From Rebecca billardiae RCC1528 (Eukaryota > Protista > Haptophyta), in assembly GCA_965240325.2 (NCBI GenBank), contig OZ251232.1:1116001-1180000 (forward strand): 64,000 bases of DNA, read 5' to 3'. Of the stretch, positions 63,341-64,000 are shown one piece after another (position 1 is the first letter of the stretch; each line of letters starts with the position of its first letter). The translations under genes and the position numbers were made by a program. The notes under the pieces were generated by a model. That model saw only the letters and a program-made list of their open reading frames with translations, was not told the DNA's origin and ran no database searches.

Positions 63341-63999
63341 TCGTGAGAAAGGCCTGTGCGGGCGGCTCGCATGGCCCTCAGAAGCAGGGCCATGCGAGCC
63401 GCGCAGCGCAGGTGGATCGCGCTCCAGCAGCTCAAGGCCGCGCTCAAGCAATCCGATCGCTTCTTCTTCCGCTTCTGAGAGTGCTGCTGCTCGTCGTTCG
63501 CCTGCAGCGCCTCAGCGTCCGAGCCCTGCGCGGCGGGCGGGCGCACCGGCGAGGCCGGCGTGCGCGCTGCGTGCTGGGCGGTCCGCGGGGGAGCAGTAGG
63601 AGGCGCGCCACGACCTCCCTTGCGCCGCCGGCGGGGGCCGGCGGGTTTTCCCTGTGGAGAAGCAGGGCCATCCTCCTGCGTGGCCGGCCTGGCGATGGAG
63701 TGCGTCAGCCGCGTGCCAGCCGTGCCATCCGCAAGCGTGATGGTCCACCAGCGCGAGAGGCCATCCGCGGCGGTGCGCTTCGATCCGTCACACAGTGCGC
63801 GGTCGGAGAAGCGCAGCTCGCCGGGGAAAGTCCCCTCGGGCTCGGTGTTCGTGGCGACGCTGGGCATCCTCGGTCTACGTGGCCATGCTGGGAGGGGGCT
63901 ACTACCCTTGGTCAGCCAGTAGTTCTTCACGCATCGGATGGAGCATACGATTCGGGCCCGCTGCACACGGGCTCGCAGGATGGTGGCCGTCTTGATGCT
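63214..63999 (-). CDS. Possible 3' part of an unknown ORF entering from the right edge
   Basis: The frame is open to the window end; basic NLS-like KRKKKR; no recognisable domain. Confidence 0.25.
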   Translation of the reverse strand, partial: SIKTATILRARVQRARIVCSIRCVKNYWLTKGSSPLPAWPRRPRMPSVATNTEPEGTFPGELRFSDRALCDGSKRTAADGLSRWWTITLADGTAGTRLTHSIARPATQEDGPASPQGKPAGPRRRRKGGRGAPPTAPPRTAQHAARTPASPVRPPAAQGSDAEALQANDEQQHSQKRKKKRSDCLSAALSCWSAIHLRCAARMALLLRAMRAARTGLSHEACAARTHARGCGELDLAARSALGAHAAGARVPSKCPIGSIT

Positions 64000-64000
64000 G

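Overview
GC-rich eukaryotic DNA with no operons or RNA genes seen; composition and gene types suggest a microalga such as a haptophyte (inference). There are two layers. (1) Six apparently single-exon genes, each with an N-terminal signal or anchor, predicted to modify glycans or secretory proteins: two near-identical polysaccharide pyruvyltransferases (1-1003 and 53110-54453, 53.45 kb apart), a pyruvyltransferase-GT34 fusion, a Bmt/GH130-like beta-propeller, a carbohydrate sulfotransferase and a 2OG-Fe(II) oxygenase. (2) A dense transposon matrix. Its core is a young Ty1/Copia element (10031-31808, TATAT TSD, 555-bp LTRs, MYND-like finger ahead of Gag). The Copia 5' LTR is split by an intact 9.4-kb Helitron2-type element (RepHel with an N-terminal Ulp1-like protease) and by a 5'-truncated LINE (RNase H, zinc finger, OTU-like protease). 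Also present: two deleted Helitron2 derivatives, a composite TA-inserted element made of two identical 778-bp TIR units around a cargo, several other TIR elements, a recurrent 49-bp unit, minisatellites and a frameshifted Ser/Pro-rich tract. All domain calls come from motifs read by eye; no database search was run.
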